Made by a program: the position numbers and the translations under genes. From Candidatus Bathyarchaeia archaeon (GTDB lineage Archaea; Thermoproteota; CALKCG01; B24), in contig JAVZJD010000002.1 of the NCBI GenBank assembly GCA_038870975.1, positions 131,037 through 195,036 of the forward strand: a DNA stretch of 64,000 nucleotides, given 5' to 3'. A model generated the notes under the pieces. That model saw only the letters and a list, made by a program, of their open reading frames with translations. It had not been told where the DNA came from and searched no databases. Below are positions 8,052 to 16,720 of the stretch, one piece after another; the stretch's first letter is position 1, and each line of letters begins with the position of its first letter.

Positions 8052-10097
8052 TTGCGAGGAATGAAATATCTGGTTAATATGGGTAAAGAAGTTACTGAAG
8101 AAAAGATCACAGTTAAAACATTGGTTTGGGTGGCTGTTTTAAGCGTTGCCGTGGCGTTTTTCTGGAATTTTTTCGAAGCTCTTTTACCGCCTTTGGCTCG
8201 GTGTACTCAGAGGGTTAATGCTTTACTTACACCGGTAGACTTTGTAGGCGGTCCGTTCGTCGCCTTCTTGATTGTTATGGTTCTTCAGTATTTCCAGCCT
8301 CTGCGGAAATATCTTAGTAGAACGAACCTAGCGTATCTCAGCATCGCTATGATAACTGTGTCGTTCTATACGCATTTTGCAACAATAGAGACTAGGAATA
8401 CGTGTTTCCTCTTGGCTAGACCTTTGATTCCGGAATCTGTTGGTAGATACGTACCATGGTTTGTATCGCTTCCATCAGAAGTTGCTGAACTGCTCATCAG
8501 AGGTACGGGTAATCTAGGGGTTCTACCATGGGATGTTTTGCTTCCGGCGATTCTATGGAGGTTCCTACTAATCGCTCTTTTTGCTGGTGTTGGTATAAGC
8601 GTAGTCAACATCTTCCGCCGTAGTTGGATAGATGTCGAAAAACTCCCATTCCCATACGTCGACGTAGTCCAGACTTGTCTAATAAACGTCGAAGGCATGA
8701 TGAAGAAAGAATGGCCATCTAAGACGCGTTTCCTTATTGGGATGCTTGTCGGGTTTTTACTCGGCATACCTTTAAGTGGTGCAACACTTTTCCCATGGTT
8801 TCCAGACCTCTACATGTGGCGTACGGATACATGCCCTCCAGGGTCTCACTGGGTAACTCCCGCAGATGTGCCGTGGCACTTAGGTATTGGTAAGCATCCA
8901 CTCATGTATCCGATAATGCTTCTAACGCCTATCCACGCTCTATTTAGCATACTGTTCTACACACTTGTCATGGAAATAGCGCTTTTCATAGCCTACTATG
9001 GCTTCGGCTATTACACGGGTATGCTTGGATCAGGCTTCTGTGGAAGAAACTGGTGTACAGGTCCAACCGTTGCACCACCGCTTTACCTTTTCACGGTATG
9101 CTCTGGTGCTGCACTCGGCTTCTTCATAATAACTGTACTATTAGAGCGACGCTATATCGTGGAAACTTTGAGGCTTGCCTTTAGAAGAACTGATGTTAAG
9201 GTCGAAGCTGGTGAACCCATGAGCTACAGATATTCTTGGATAATGCTTATGGCGTTCTCTGTATTGGTTATAGTGTTCTTTATGTATACTGGGTTGAGCC
9301 CATGGCTTTCCTTTGTAGTATTGGTTTCAACCATCATAATATGGTTCACTTTGACGCCTATATGGGGTCGAACGTTTATCACATTACAACCGTGCTACTG
9401 GCTTTCCCCAGCTATGATAAGGCTCATGGCATATCCAACATGGTACTTACCAGAGATAACATCGACCGATTTAATACTTGTACCTCTTTTAAGTGCGGAA
9501 TGGATCGGGCATACTGCAGGTGGAGGCTATGAAGGCGGAGGAGGCTTCGGCACGCCGTTCTTCGTATCTGCCTCGACTTATAGGATTGCCAGCCTCAACA
9601 GTATACATCCGAGGAACGCGTTGAAAATCATGGTTGTTTCAATGCTTATAGCATCGTTCATCACGTGCTTCAACCAAGTGGCTATTCCAGGCCTATTCGG
9701 ACATGCAACATTAGGCTACAATCTGTGGGACTATTCACAGGAGCCTGAATGGCATTTCTGGACAATACCGTACAATGGGCCGATGGTCGAGGGATGGCTT
9801 CATCTAAGCGTCGGCTTCATCCTAATGGTTGTAGGAAGATACTTATACACGAGGTTCCTATGGATGCCAGATCCATTGCTAGCGTTAGTTGCATGGAGCT
9901 GGGAAATATCCATTGACGGATTTTGGCTTGCATGTCTAGTAGCATGGATAGTGAAGTCCGCAATACTAAGGATAGGCGGAAGCAAACTCTACGAAGAATG
10001 GGTTGTACCATTCGTTGGAGGCTTCACACTAGGATATGCTTTAGAAGTCCTAATAACAGCATCAACAAGCTTCATACTATTCCCACGTATACTTTAA
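8052..10097 (+). CDS. Large polytopic membrane protein (681 aa, many predicted TM helices, Gly-rich loop GGGYEGGGGFG), unknown function
   Basis: Long hydrophobic segments throughout; no recognisable transporter signature; last gene of the wHTH-MTase-paralog block. Confidence 0.65.
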   Translation: MRGMKYLVNMGKEVTEEKITVKTLVWVAVLSVAVAFFWNFFEALLPPLARCTQRVNALLTPVDFVGGPFVAFLIVMVLQYFQPLRKYLSRTNLAYLSIAMITVSFYTHFATIETRNTCFLLARPLIPESVGRYVPWFVSLPSEVAELLIRGTGNLGVLPWDVLLPAILWRFLLIALFAGVGISVVNIFRRSWIDVEKLPFPYVDVVQTCLINVEGMMKKEWPSKTRFLIGMLVGFLLGIPLSGATLFPWFPDLYMWRTDTCPPGSHWVTPADVPWHLGIGKHPLMYPIMLLTPIHALFSILFYTLVMEIALFIAYYGFGYYTGMLGSGFCGRNWCTGPTVAPPLYLFTVCSGAALGFFIITVLLERRYIVETLRLAFRRTDVKVEAGEPMSYRYSWIMLMAFSVLVIVFFMYTGLSPWLSFVVLVSTIIIWFTLTPIWGRTFITLQPCYWLSPAMIRLMAYPTWYLPEITSTDLILVPLLSAEWIGHTAGGGYEGGGGFGTPFFVSASTYRIASLNSIHPRNALKIMVVSMLIASFITCFNQVAIPGLFGHATLGYNLWDYSQEPEWHFWTIPYNGPMVEGWLHLSVGFILMVVGRYLYTRFLWMPDPLLALVAWSWEISIDGFWLACLVAWIVKSAILRIGGSKLYEEWVVPFVGGFTLGYALEVLITASTSFILFPRIL

Positions 10098-10186
10098 GCA
10101 TCCCTTGTTTTTTATGGAAGATTTTTGATGTGTTTAAATGTGACCTCTATTTTCTTTTTCCTTTTTATTAGTTAAGGAGGAGGAAC

Positions 10187-10459
10187 TTAGTAGGGAACGA
10201 AGAATCCAAGATTTAACTCTGCCCCTCCGAAAAGCCCTATTGTAACGAGCCCTGCTATAAATCCTGTTGCTATTGGTACGTCAACATTCTTATAGAGTTT
10301 GGCTCCTCCTATTTTGAGAGCCAAGTGCTTTGACACCCATGCTACGAAGAACATTATCCATATACCTGTCAATATATCCCACCCCTCCGTTGCTATAAAC
10401 AGGCTGAGAGGTTCTAATGGGAACCATAGGAACTTAGCATGTAAGTAACTTAACATCAA
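10187..10459 (-). pseudogene. Opposite-strand 90-aa fragment paralogous to the C-terminus of the 681-aa membrane protein
   Basis: ...WVSKHLALKIGGAKLYKNVDVPIATGFIAGLVTIGLFGG... vs ...WIVKSAILRIGGSKLYEEWVVPFVGGFTLGYALEVLITAS... at end of 8052-10097. Confidence 0.4.
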
Positions 10460-10656
10460 AGCTGCTATGAAAACAGTTGCGGCTGAATTATCTAAGGCTC
10501 TGGTGCAGGGTCTAGTCTAGCATCTTCCATATTTGCCCATTCATTTATATAAGATGCATTTATCCATGAAGCTGTTCCAAGCAACCTAGAGTGCATAAAC
10601 GCATAAGATAAACATTATTTACTATAAAAGGGCTATGGTTGAGACAGCTGAAATAG

Positions 10657-10845
10657 TTACTCTATGCTCTCAGAGCTCATACCTAAATTGAGCTTCACGG
10701 AAAGAGGGCATAACTGCCTTACGGATTTAAATTTAGCGTAGAAGCACTCTTCACTGTAGTAGTGCTCGACTGGATTGCAAGTCCAGCTCAGCGTGAAGTC
10801 TACGTCTACGCTCACCACTTCCATCAGTAAAGCCTTCACGTACAC
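10657..10845 (-). CDS. Small Cys-containing protein (62 aa), paralog of fragment at 4849-4918
   Basis: ...DFTLSWTCNPVEHYYSEECFYAKFK...; DNA-level inverted-repeat relationship with 4849-4918. Confidence 0.4.
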   Translation of the reverse strand: MYVKALLMEVVSVDVDFTLSWTCNPVEHYYSEECFYAKFKSVRQLCPLSVKLNLGMSSESIE

Positions 10846-11549
10846 CAGTATTGGGCTGAATCGCTATCAAAATGGGCGACACCCAACATACATTGGAAAA
10901 CCTTAATCTTTTAAAATTTGAACTCTTCCAAATTTGCTTTATTCCGAGTGTTTTGAATATACGCTCTATGGGGGAGCCCTATTTAGCAATATCCATGTTT
11001 GAAAGGGGTCCTATTAGGTAGTGTATGAGTCATGGGAAGTCTACTCCGTATAATGAGTAGGCTAAGACTTGACTTAAACCTTCAAAGTACTGAAACTTCT
11101 TCACAACCATTATCTTAAGCTTTGTGATTTCTTCCATCACAGAAACCACATACAGATCACCTGTCCAGCGGATTCTTGGGTAAAAGTTTGGCGATGTTTT
11201 AAAATTTTGTTAAAGCTACTATTATGTTGCAACCTTTATATTCATTACTATGTCTTTAAAGAATTTTTCACAGTCTTCAATATATGGTTCTCATCTTAGT
11301 GCATTAAGCTACAGTTGACGCATCTCTATTCGCTCTTAATTATCTTGTAGTTCCCTCCTAGGGGAAACGGCAGGAGCTTATATGTTTTAACGTTTCCATC
11401 CTTTTAGCGTAGCTTGAGTATGACTACATTGCTGTATTTGGCCATAAGTGTGCGAAGACCTCTTCAAGCTTCTCGGTCTCATCTCTACCGGAAACGGTCA
11501 CACGAACCATTACACTACTATTTAAGGCTTCTATCTAAAGCTGGACGTT

Positions 11550-11965
11550 TTACAGTTCTCGCGGGTCGATTCTTTTTATCCCCGGTATGGTGTCGAACAC
11601 TGTGTCTGTTGAGATTATTGTGTGGTCTGGGACTTGGTTGAGGGCTGTGGCAGCGTAGTATGCGTCGAATATCGAGCTTATTCCATACTGTCTTACTAGT
11701 GCTAGCGCTAGAAGGTCTATTTCACATGTGGTTTCTAGGAAGACTAGGTTCTCTATCGCGGTTAAAGCGGCGAATCTAGCGATCAGTTCATCGACAGAGA
11801 CTCCCTCTTCTCTTGAAACGTAGTATATTTCGTGGAGGCTTTCTCTTGAAGCGTAAACGGTGCCAAGCCTCCCCTCGCGGTCTGCAATATAACTTTATCT
11901 GCGGTCGGCTTTAGCCAATCCTCTCTTTTGATGTAAGCGTATAGAATGTCTGTTTCAACAATCAA
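11550..11965 (-). pseudogene. vapC: VapC (PIN-domain) toxin gene disrupted by a +1/-1 frameshift (~11880)
   Basis: Frame 1 MIVETDILYAYIKREDWLKPTADKVILQTARG... stops after 60 aa; shifted frame continues ...LGTVYASRESLHEIYYVSREEGVSVDELIARF...ISTDTVFDTIPG... to stop at 11550, completing a ~135-aa PIN fold. Confidence 0.6.
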
Positions 11966-12213
11966 AGTTGCTTTCTCCTCTTTGCTCGTTTAACAGCATC
12001 TTCTCTAGCGCCTCTCTCAGCTAAAGCTTTCAATTCTCTCCTATCTTTTTCCGTGTCCAACCAGTCCCCCGCCTTCTCATGAGGTGTTTTCGGAAGTGGA
12101 ACTGCGATGAAAAAAGAACCTGCTGGTATAATAATGGCTCTGGTTTTCCTGACCCCCAGCTCCTTAGGGATAGTCATCCTCCCCCTTTCATCGACTTTGA
12201 CTACAACCATCAA
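11962..12213 (-). CDS. vapB: AbrB/SpoVT-family antitoxin (VapB-like) with basic C-terminal tail
   Basis: MMVVVKVDERGRMTIPKELGV... swapped-hairpin N-terminus; overlaps downstream PIN (pseudo)gene by 4 nt. Confidence 0.65.
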   Translation of the reverse strand: MMVVVKVDERGRMTIPKELGVRKTRAIIIPAGSFFIAVPLPKTPHEKAGDWLDTEKDRRELKALAERGAREDAVKRAKRRKQL

Positions 12214-12350
12214 ATATTCCCCCTAATCGCAATTTAACCCACAAATATAAATTTTCCCCAAAGCCTTCAAAGGGATAGAGCCACCAACAGCCACAGGATC
12301 TACAGCAAAGTCTTAAGAGGGGTAGCTTTAAACTCTCTACTACGTGAGGT

Positions 12351-12551
12351 TTGAACAACAACCTAATGGAAAGAAAACAGGGGACGATAAGAGACAGGGA
12401 AAAAGTAATGAAGGGGCTAAAAACCACTGAAACACCAATCATTCCAATGAAAAACATTTACTACGACTTCATAAGACCTCATATAGCTTTAAACGGCAAA
12501 ACACCAGCAGAAAAGGCAGGGGTGAAGGATTGGGTCAAAACAAATGGTTAA
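12351..12551 (+). mobile_element. C-terminal fragment of a DDE transposase (IS remnant)
   Basis: ...NNNLMERKQGTIRDREKVMKGLKT...YYDFIRPHIALNGKTPAEKAG matches the conserved C-terminal tail of DDE/rve-type transposases (NNxxE...GF...YNxxRPHxxL); no N-terminal catalytic region upstream in any frame. Confidence 0.5.
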
Positions 12552-13148
12552 GTCTGATAGAAAGAAGTTTGAGAATCACCAAACAAAATTTGACACACCA
12601 TTCTTGACAAACCTAAATTTGACAGAACCTTTTCCTTATGACGTCTTAGGAAGATCGTCTCCATTTGACGTCAGATTTATTTTCAGAACAATCAACACAG
12701 TGTGGGATCGTTTGGAGTCTTTTCCCTCATGAGCGCCCAACGGTTCAATTTCTGCAATAATCTTCGTTCTATCGGGAGCGTCTAGACATCTGTCACAGTC
12801 CACACGTCAGTAAACCCGCCTTTAAGAATCTTGAAGTCATAGCTTACGGAGTTGAATCGCACATGGAAGGTGAGCATTCGAACTCATAAAATTGACTTTT
12901 ACTCGTCTCTCACCGGGATTGGCCATATTATTGGGAACCACCAGAAGAAGGGCCAGATGATCAATCTCACTGATGATATTGAATCATTGGAAACATGATA
13001 AGATTAAATGTTTACTTATCCAATAAACACTTGTTAAGTCTTATTGTTGAAAGACGTCCTCTCTCCATCTTAGATCGCGATTCAACTATTTTCCATTAAG
13101 AGTTATAGGTTTACGTGCTGGAAATATTTTTAAAGGAGGCGAGTAGGT

Positions 13149-13889
13149 TTGCAGTGGTATTCTAGGGGGAGATCCCTCATAAATCCTAAACACTTTGCGT
13201 TAAAGGAACTGGGTTTTCTAAAGCTTGGAGTAATCGTTTTCATTAAACGAGTTTATGAGTGGATGAGAACGACCGCTGGAGATGTTACTATTGAGAAGCA
13301 TGATTTTCTCGGTGCACGGAGTTTTTTCGCTATTAGGGATGGGCTTGGCGTCTTCCATTCATATTTTGGCGCTCCCGCTAGTGTTCTACTTGCCGAAGCA
13401 TTGATAATCAGCGGAGTTAAAAGGCTTGTCGTATTCGGCGAGGCTGGAGCTATACATCCAAAGATGAGAATTGGAGATATACTTATCCCAACGTTTGCAG
13501 TAAGAGAGGAGGGGACCAGTTATCATTATCTACCTTATGGTATATCAGCTGGTCCGTCGCAGAAACTCCTAAGAAAGTTGAAGCATCTACTTGATAAAAC
13601 GGGTTTTACGTATGAGGAGGGTGGTATTTGGACTACTGACGCACCATTAAGAGAGACGCGTCAAAAAGTCTTAACGTATGGGGGTCTTGGAGTACTTGCT
13701 GTTGACATGGAGTGTTCGGCATTATTTGCCGTTTCAAAGTATAGGCGGGTGGAGTGTGTAGCTATGCTTACAATAAGTGATGAATTGTATGGGCGGGTGT
13801 GGAAACAGGGCTTCGATAGCGAAAAGCTTATAGATGTGGAGAAGAAATTGGTGGATGTTTTAATGGGAAATTGGCATGGGCTACTTTAA
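13149..13889 (+). CDS. PNP/UDP-family nucleoside phosphorylase/nucleosidase-like protein
   Basis: ...GVLAVDMECSALFAV... (the vEMEsaA motif of the PNP_UDP_1 family) with upstream Gly-rich beta-strand segments; true start may be the internal Met at 13263. Confidence 0.6.
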   Translation: MQWYSRGRSLINPKHFALKELGFLKLGVIVFIKRVYEWMRTTAGDVTIEKHDFLGARSFFAIRDGLGVFHSYFGAPASVLLAEALIISGVKRLVVFGEAGAIHPKMRIGDILIPTFAVREEGTSYHYLPYGISAGPSQKLLRKLKHLLDKTGFTYEEGGIWTTDAPLRETRQKVLTYGGLGVLAVDMECSALFAVSKYRRVECVAMLTISDELYGRVWKQGFDSEKLIDVEKKLVDVLMGNWHGLL

Positions 13890-13920
13890 AATATGCTTCA
13901 ACCGTTATTAGAGTTATGTG

Positions 13921-14707
13921 AGAATGAAGGTTTACGACAACCCTCTTTATTATGAAGTGGCCTTCAGCTTCTTCAACCCGAAGAAGCAGGTTGATCATTT
14001 TGAGGATATCATCAGAAGATTTAGTAGGATGAAGTTGAAAGATTTCTGGATATTGCCTGCGGACCTAGTTTACAGTTGATGGAGCTCGCTCGGAGAGGTT
14101 ATGAAGCTGTAGGTCTTGATAAACGCAGGAGGATGCTTCAATACCTTCAGAGTAAGGCTAGAGAAGAGGGTTTAAGGATTGAAACTGTTCAAGCCGACAT
14201 GACCAGATTCAGGTTGAGGAGGAAAGCCGACTTCGCCTTTATAATGATGGGTTCTTTCAGCTTCAAATCCAACGAAGACTTGTTGAAGCATTTGAATTCT
14301 GTTGCAAATTCGTTGAATAGTGGAGGCTTATACTTCATACAGAATTTTGGGGTAAACTGGAAGGTGGATTGGACAAAGGTTCAAAGGCAGACTTGGGAGA
14401 TGGAGAAAAATGGTGTAAAAGTCGAAGCAACATATGAAATAGTTGTAAAAACGTAGTCAACCAGACAATTATGGAGAAGATAATACTCGAAGTCGATGAT
14501 AGAGGCAAGAAGAGAACATTAATGCAAGAAGAAGAGCTTAAACTAGTCTTTCCTCAGGAGTTTAAGCTACTCGTTAAGATGAATGGTAGGTTTGAATTCC
14601 TCGGATGGTGGAAAGGCGACGTAGATGAGTGGTATTTAGATCAGCCGCTGGAGACGGTTTGCGACGAAAACATCAATATAAACATGGTGCTATTAAGGAG
14701 AAAGTGA
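13921..14707 (+). pseudogene. Class I SAM-dependent methyltransferase split over three reading frames (two frameshifts)
   Basis: 13921 frame: MKVYDNPLYYEVAFSF...; shifted frame ...RFLDIACGPSLQLMELARRGYEAVGLD (motif I) continuing as ORF 14076-14456; third fragment 14471-14707 in another frame. Confidence 0.5.
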
Positions 14708-15163
14708 AGTATGGCTTAACTGTGGAAGTATACGAGGTTGGAAACGGTGAGACCTGAAATATCATTCTCTGAAATGCAAATAGAAAAAGGAGTTGACATC
14801 TGTCGTTGATAGTAGAGTTTTGAAGAAATTACTTTAGGCTAAAGTATTAGCGTGGCGTACAATCTATTCCTTATCAAGCGTATTTCTAACAACGTCTAGG
14901 TTAAGTGTTTCTCATCTGTGGGTAAAATATGGAAAATGGAATAAAGGCCATAATAAGCAACCCTAAATAGGACAGCAATGAATATTGTTGCAATTTTAGC
15001 TATGTATGTGCTGTTGGGAGCTCTGCAATCAAACAGCTGATAAGCAAGAAATCGAATCGTCTAGTCTTAAGATTTTCAGTCTATGATGTCTTACTGATAA
15101 ATCCTTGTTTTCTCAGATAAGCTTAAATATCTGAGCTATAATCGAATATCTGGGTTTTGAGAG

Positions 15164-15421
15164 ATGTCTGAGGTTGAAGTTAGAGTTAGTAAGAAGAATA
15201 CGCTCTATATTCCCAAGTCTATAGCTGAGGCTTTAAGCATTCGTGAGGGAGCGCGTCTTAAGATGAGAGTTGAAGGAAATAAACTTGTAGCTGAAGTTAT
15301 TCCTGATCCATTTTGGCTAGCGCTTAAAGGGTCAAAATTCAGCTCAACTACGTTTGAAGAGTTTGAGGAAGAATCAGAAAAAATGCAGGAGGAGATTTTT
15401 GGTGGAGAAGATACTTCTTGA
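15164..15421 (+). CDS. vapB: AbrB/SpoVT-family antitoxin (VapB-like)
   Basis: MSEVEVRVSKKNTLYIPKSIAEALSIREGARL... swapped-hairpin pattern, acidic C-terminus. Confidence 0.65.
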   Translation: MSEVEVRVSKKNTLYIPKSIAEALSIREGARLKMRVEGNKLVAEVIPDPFWLALKGSKFSSTTFEEFEEESEKMQEEIFGGEDTS

Positions 15422-15848
15422 TTCAACGTATCTTCTTCCAATTGTCGGTATAGCCGTTAAAGATGTTGAAGAGATTTTAAAAGTCCTAGAGAGACTTTAT
15501 AGGGCTGACGCCATTGAACTATACTATACGCATTTCAATATTCTCGAGATAATGGGTAAGTTGAGCAGGACATGGTATGAAGTTGAAACAGTAAAAATGG
15601 GGCTTCGATCTATAATGGAGAATTTTCGGCAAGCGAGTCCAACGTATCAATCGTATGTAAAAGCTTTACAGCTTAAATCCATAGGGTTTAGAGACCTGAT
15701 AGACCTTTTACTATACACAACATCGGTGGATAATGGTCTTCAATTGCTTACAAGAGATAGGAAGCTATGGGAATTCGTAAAGAAAACTGGGGAAGGCGAA
15801 TCAAAGGCAATAATACTTGAGGAAGAGTTCTTGAAAGCACATCGATAA
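15399..15848 (+). CDS. vapC: PIN-domain toxin (VapC-like); likely TTG/GTG start at 15399/15402 rather than the track's ATG at 15354
   Basis: ...VEKILLDSTYLLPIVGI... N-terminal PIN strand and ...LLTRDRKLWEF... C-terminal motif; overlaps vapB stop. Confidence 0.6.
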   Translation: MVEKILLDSTYLLPIVGIAVKDVEEILKVLERLYRADAIELYYTHFNILEIMGKLSRTWYEVETVKMGLRSIMENFRQASPTYQSYVKALQLKSIGFRDLIDLLLYTTSVDNGLQLLTRDRKLWEFVKKTGEGESKAIILEEEFLKAHR

Positions 15849-15897
15849 CGTAAAACACATATAGAGGAACTTGAGGGTCAAGTAGTGAAGCATCCTC

Positions 15898-16526
15898 TTG
15901 AAAATTGGAGCGTTCTTGCCAGTTATAAACCAACCACCGGGTCCTACAATAAGCGTGAATTGGGATAATGTTCGGAGGGCGGCTGAAAGGGATCGGCTTG
16001 AAGGACAGCTACCTCTAAGCTGGGGATATCATGGTGGTGCCCCGTTTTTTAAGAGACTTCACTATATTAGAGGGTTTAAAAACCCCTTGATCGACTTTAT
16101 GACGGACCCGCCGGAGCTACATAAGCCCATTGATATGGTTTTAGAATATAATTATGAAACTAATAAATGGTTAGAAATTAATTTAGATGTTATGGGTTTT
16201 GGGGATGACTTTGGAACGCAAAATCTTTAATGATAAGCCCAAAGGTCTTCAAGAGATATCTGAAGTCCGGATATTCTCAGATGTTTAGTCCTTGCAGACA
16301 GGCTAATGAGCATATTCGCTTTCACTCTGATGACCATATTCTTGAAATCATTGATGACCTTGTTGAGATTGGAGTTGATATTATACGCAATTGATTAACG
16401 TTGAAGAAGACGAATACATCTGTAAAGCGGCGAAAACCGTCGAGCAGGCGTCAAGCCTCATAGAGGCCGGGTTCGAGTATGTATGTGATATCGAAGGTGT
16501 CAAGCTATTCAGAAAGAGGAAGTAGA
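15898..16526 (+). pseudogene. Uroporphyrinogen-decarboxylase (URO-D/MtaA-like) family gene fragment, frameshifted and truncated
   Basis: ...FKRYLKSGYSQMFSPCRQANEHIRFHSDDHILEIIDDLVEIGVDIIRN (URO-D family HsDG...ild.lvelGvD pattern) split across frames with internal stops; C-terminal tail homologous to 4171-4293. Confidence 0.45.
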
Positions 16527-16566
16527 CGTAAGGTGGATAAGCGCTGGTGTTTTATCCAAACGATGG

Positions 16567-16641
16567 TGGGGCCGCTGGGATTTGAACCCAGGACCGCCAG
16601 CGCCCCAGGCTGGTATCCTAGCCATGCTAGACGACGGCCCC
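16567..16641 (-). tRNA. tRNA-Pro (anticodon GGG)
   Basis: Manual fold: 7-bp acceptor GGGGCCG/CGGCCCC, T-arm CTGGG-TTCAAAT-CCCAG, anticodon stem CCAGC/GCTGG with loop CUGGGGC; 75 nt, no intron. Confidence 0.85.
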
Positions 16642-16720
16642 TTTCTTCAATCTGTTAAGCTGGATGTGGGGGTTTATAAGAGTTGTCTTCATATTTTGAG
16701 CGTTTGTTGATACTAGCTTT

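Noticed and set aside
8366-10011. Several 60-130-aa ORFs antisense or out-of-frame inside the 681-aa membrane protein gene (8366-8767, 9236-9532, 9800-9985, 9817-10011)
   Set aside because: Fully embedded in a long, compositionally coherent ORF. Typical shadow ORFs.
12188-12732. ORFs 12188-12457 (-) and 12544-12732 (+) around the transposase remnant
   Set aside because: Low-complexity hydrophobic translation or no motif. The region is better explained as IS debris.
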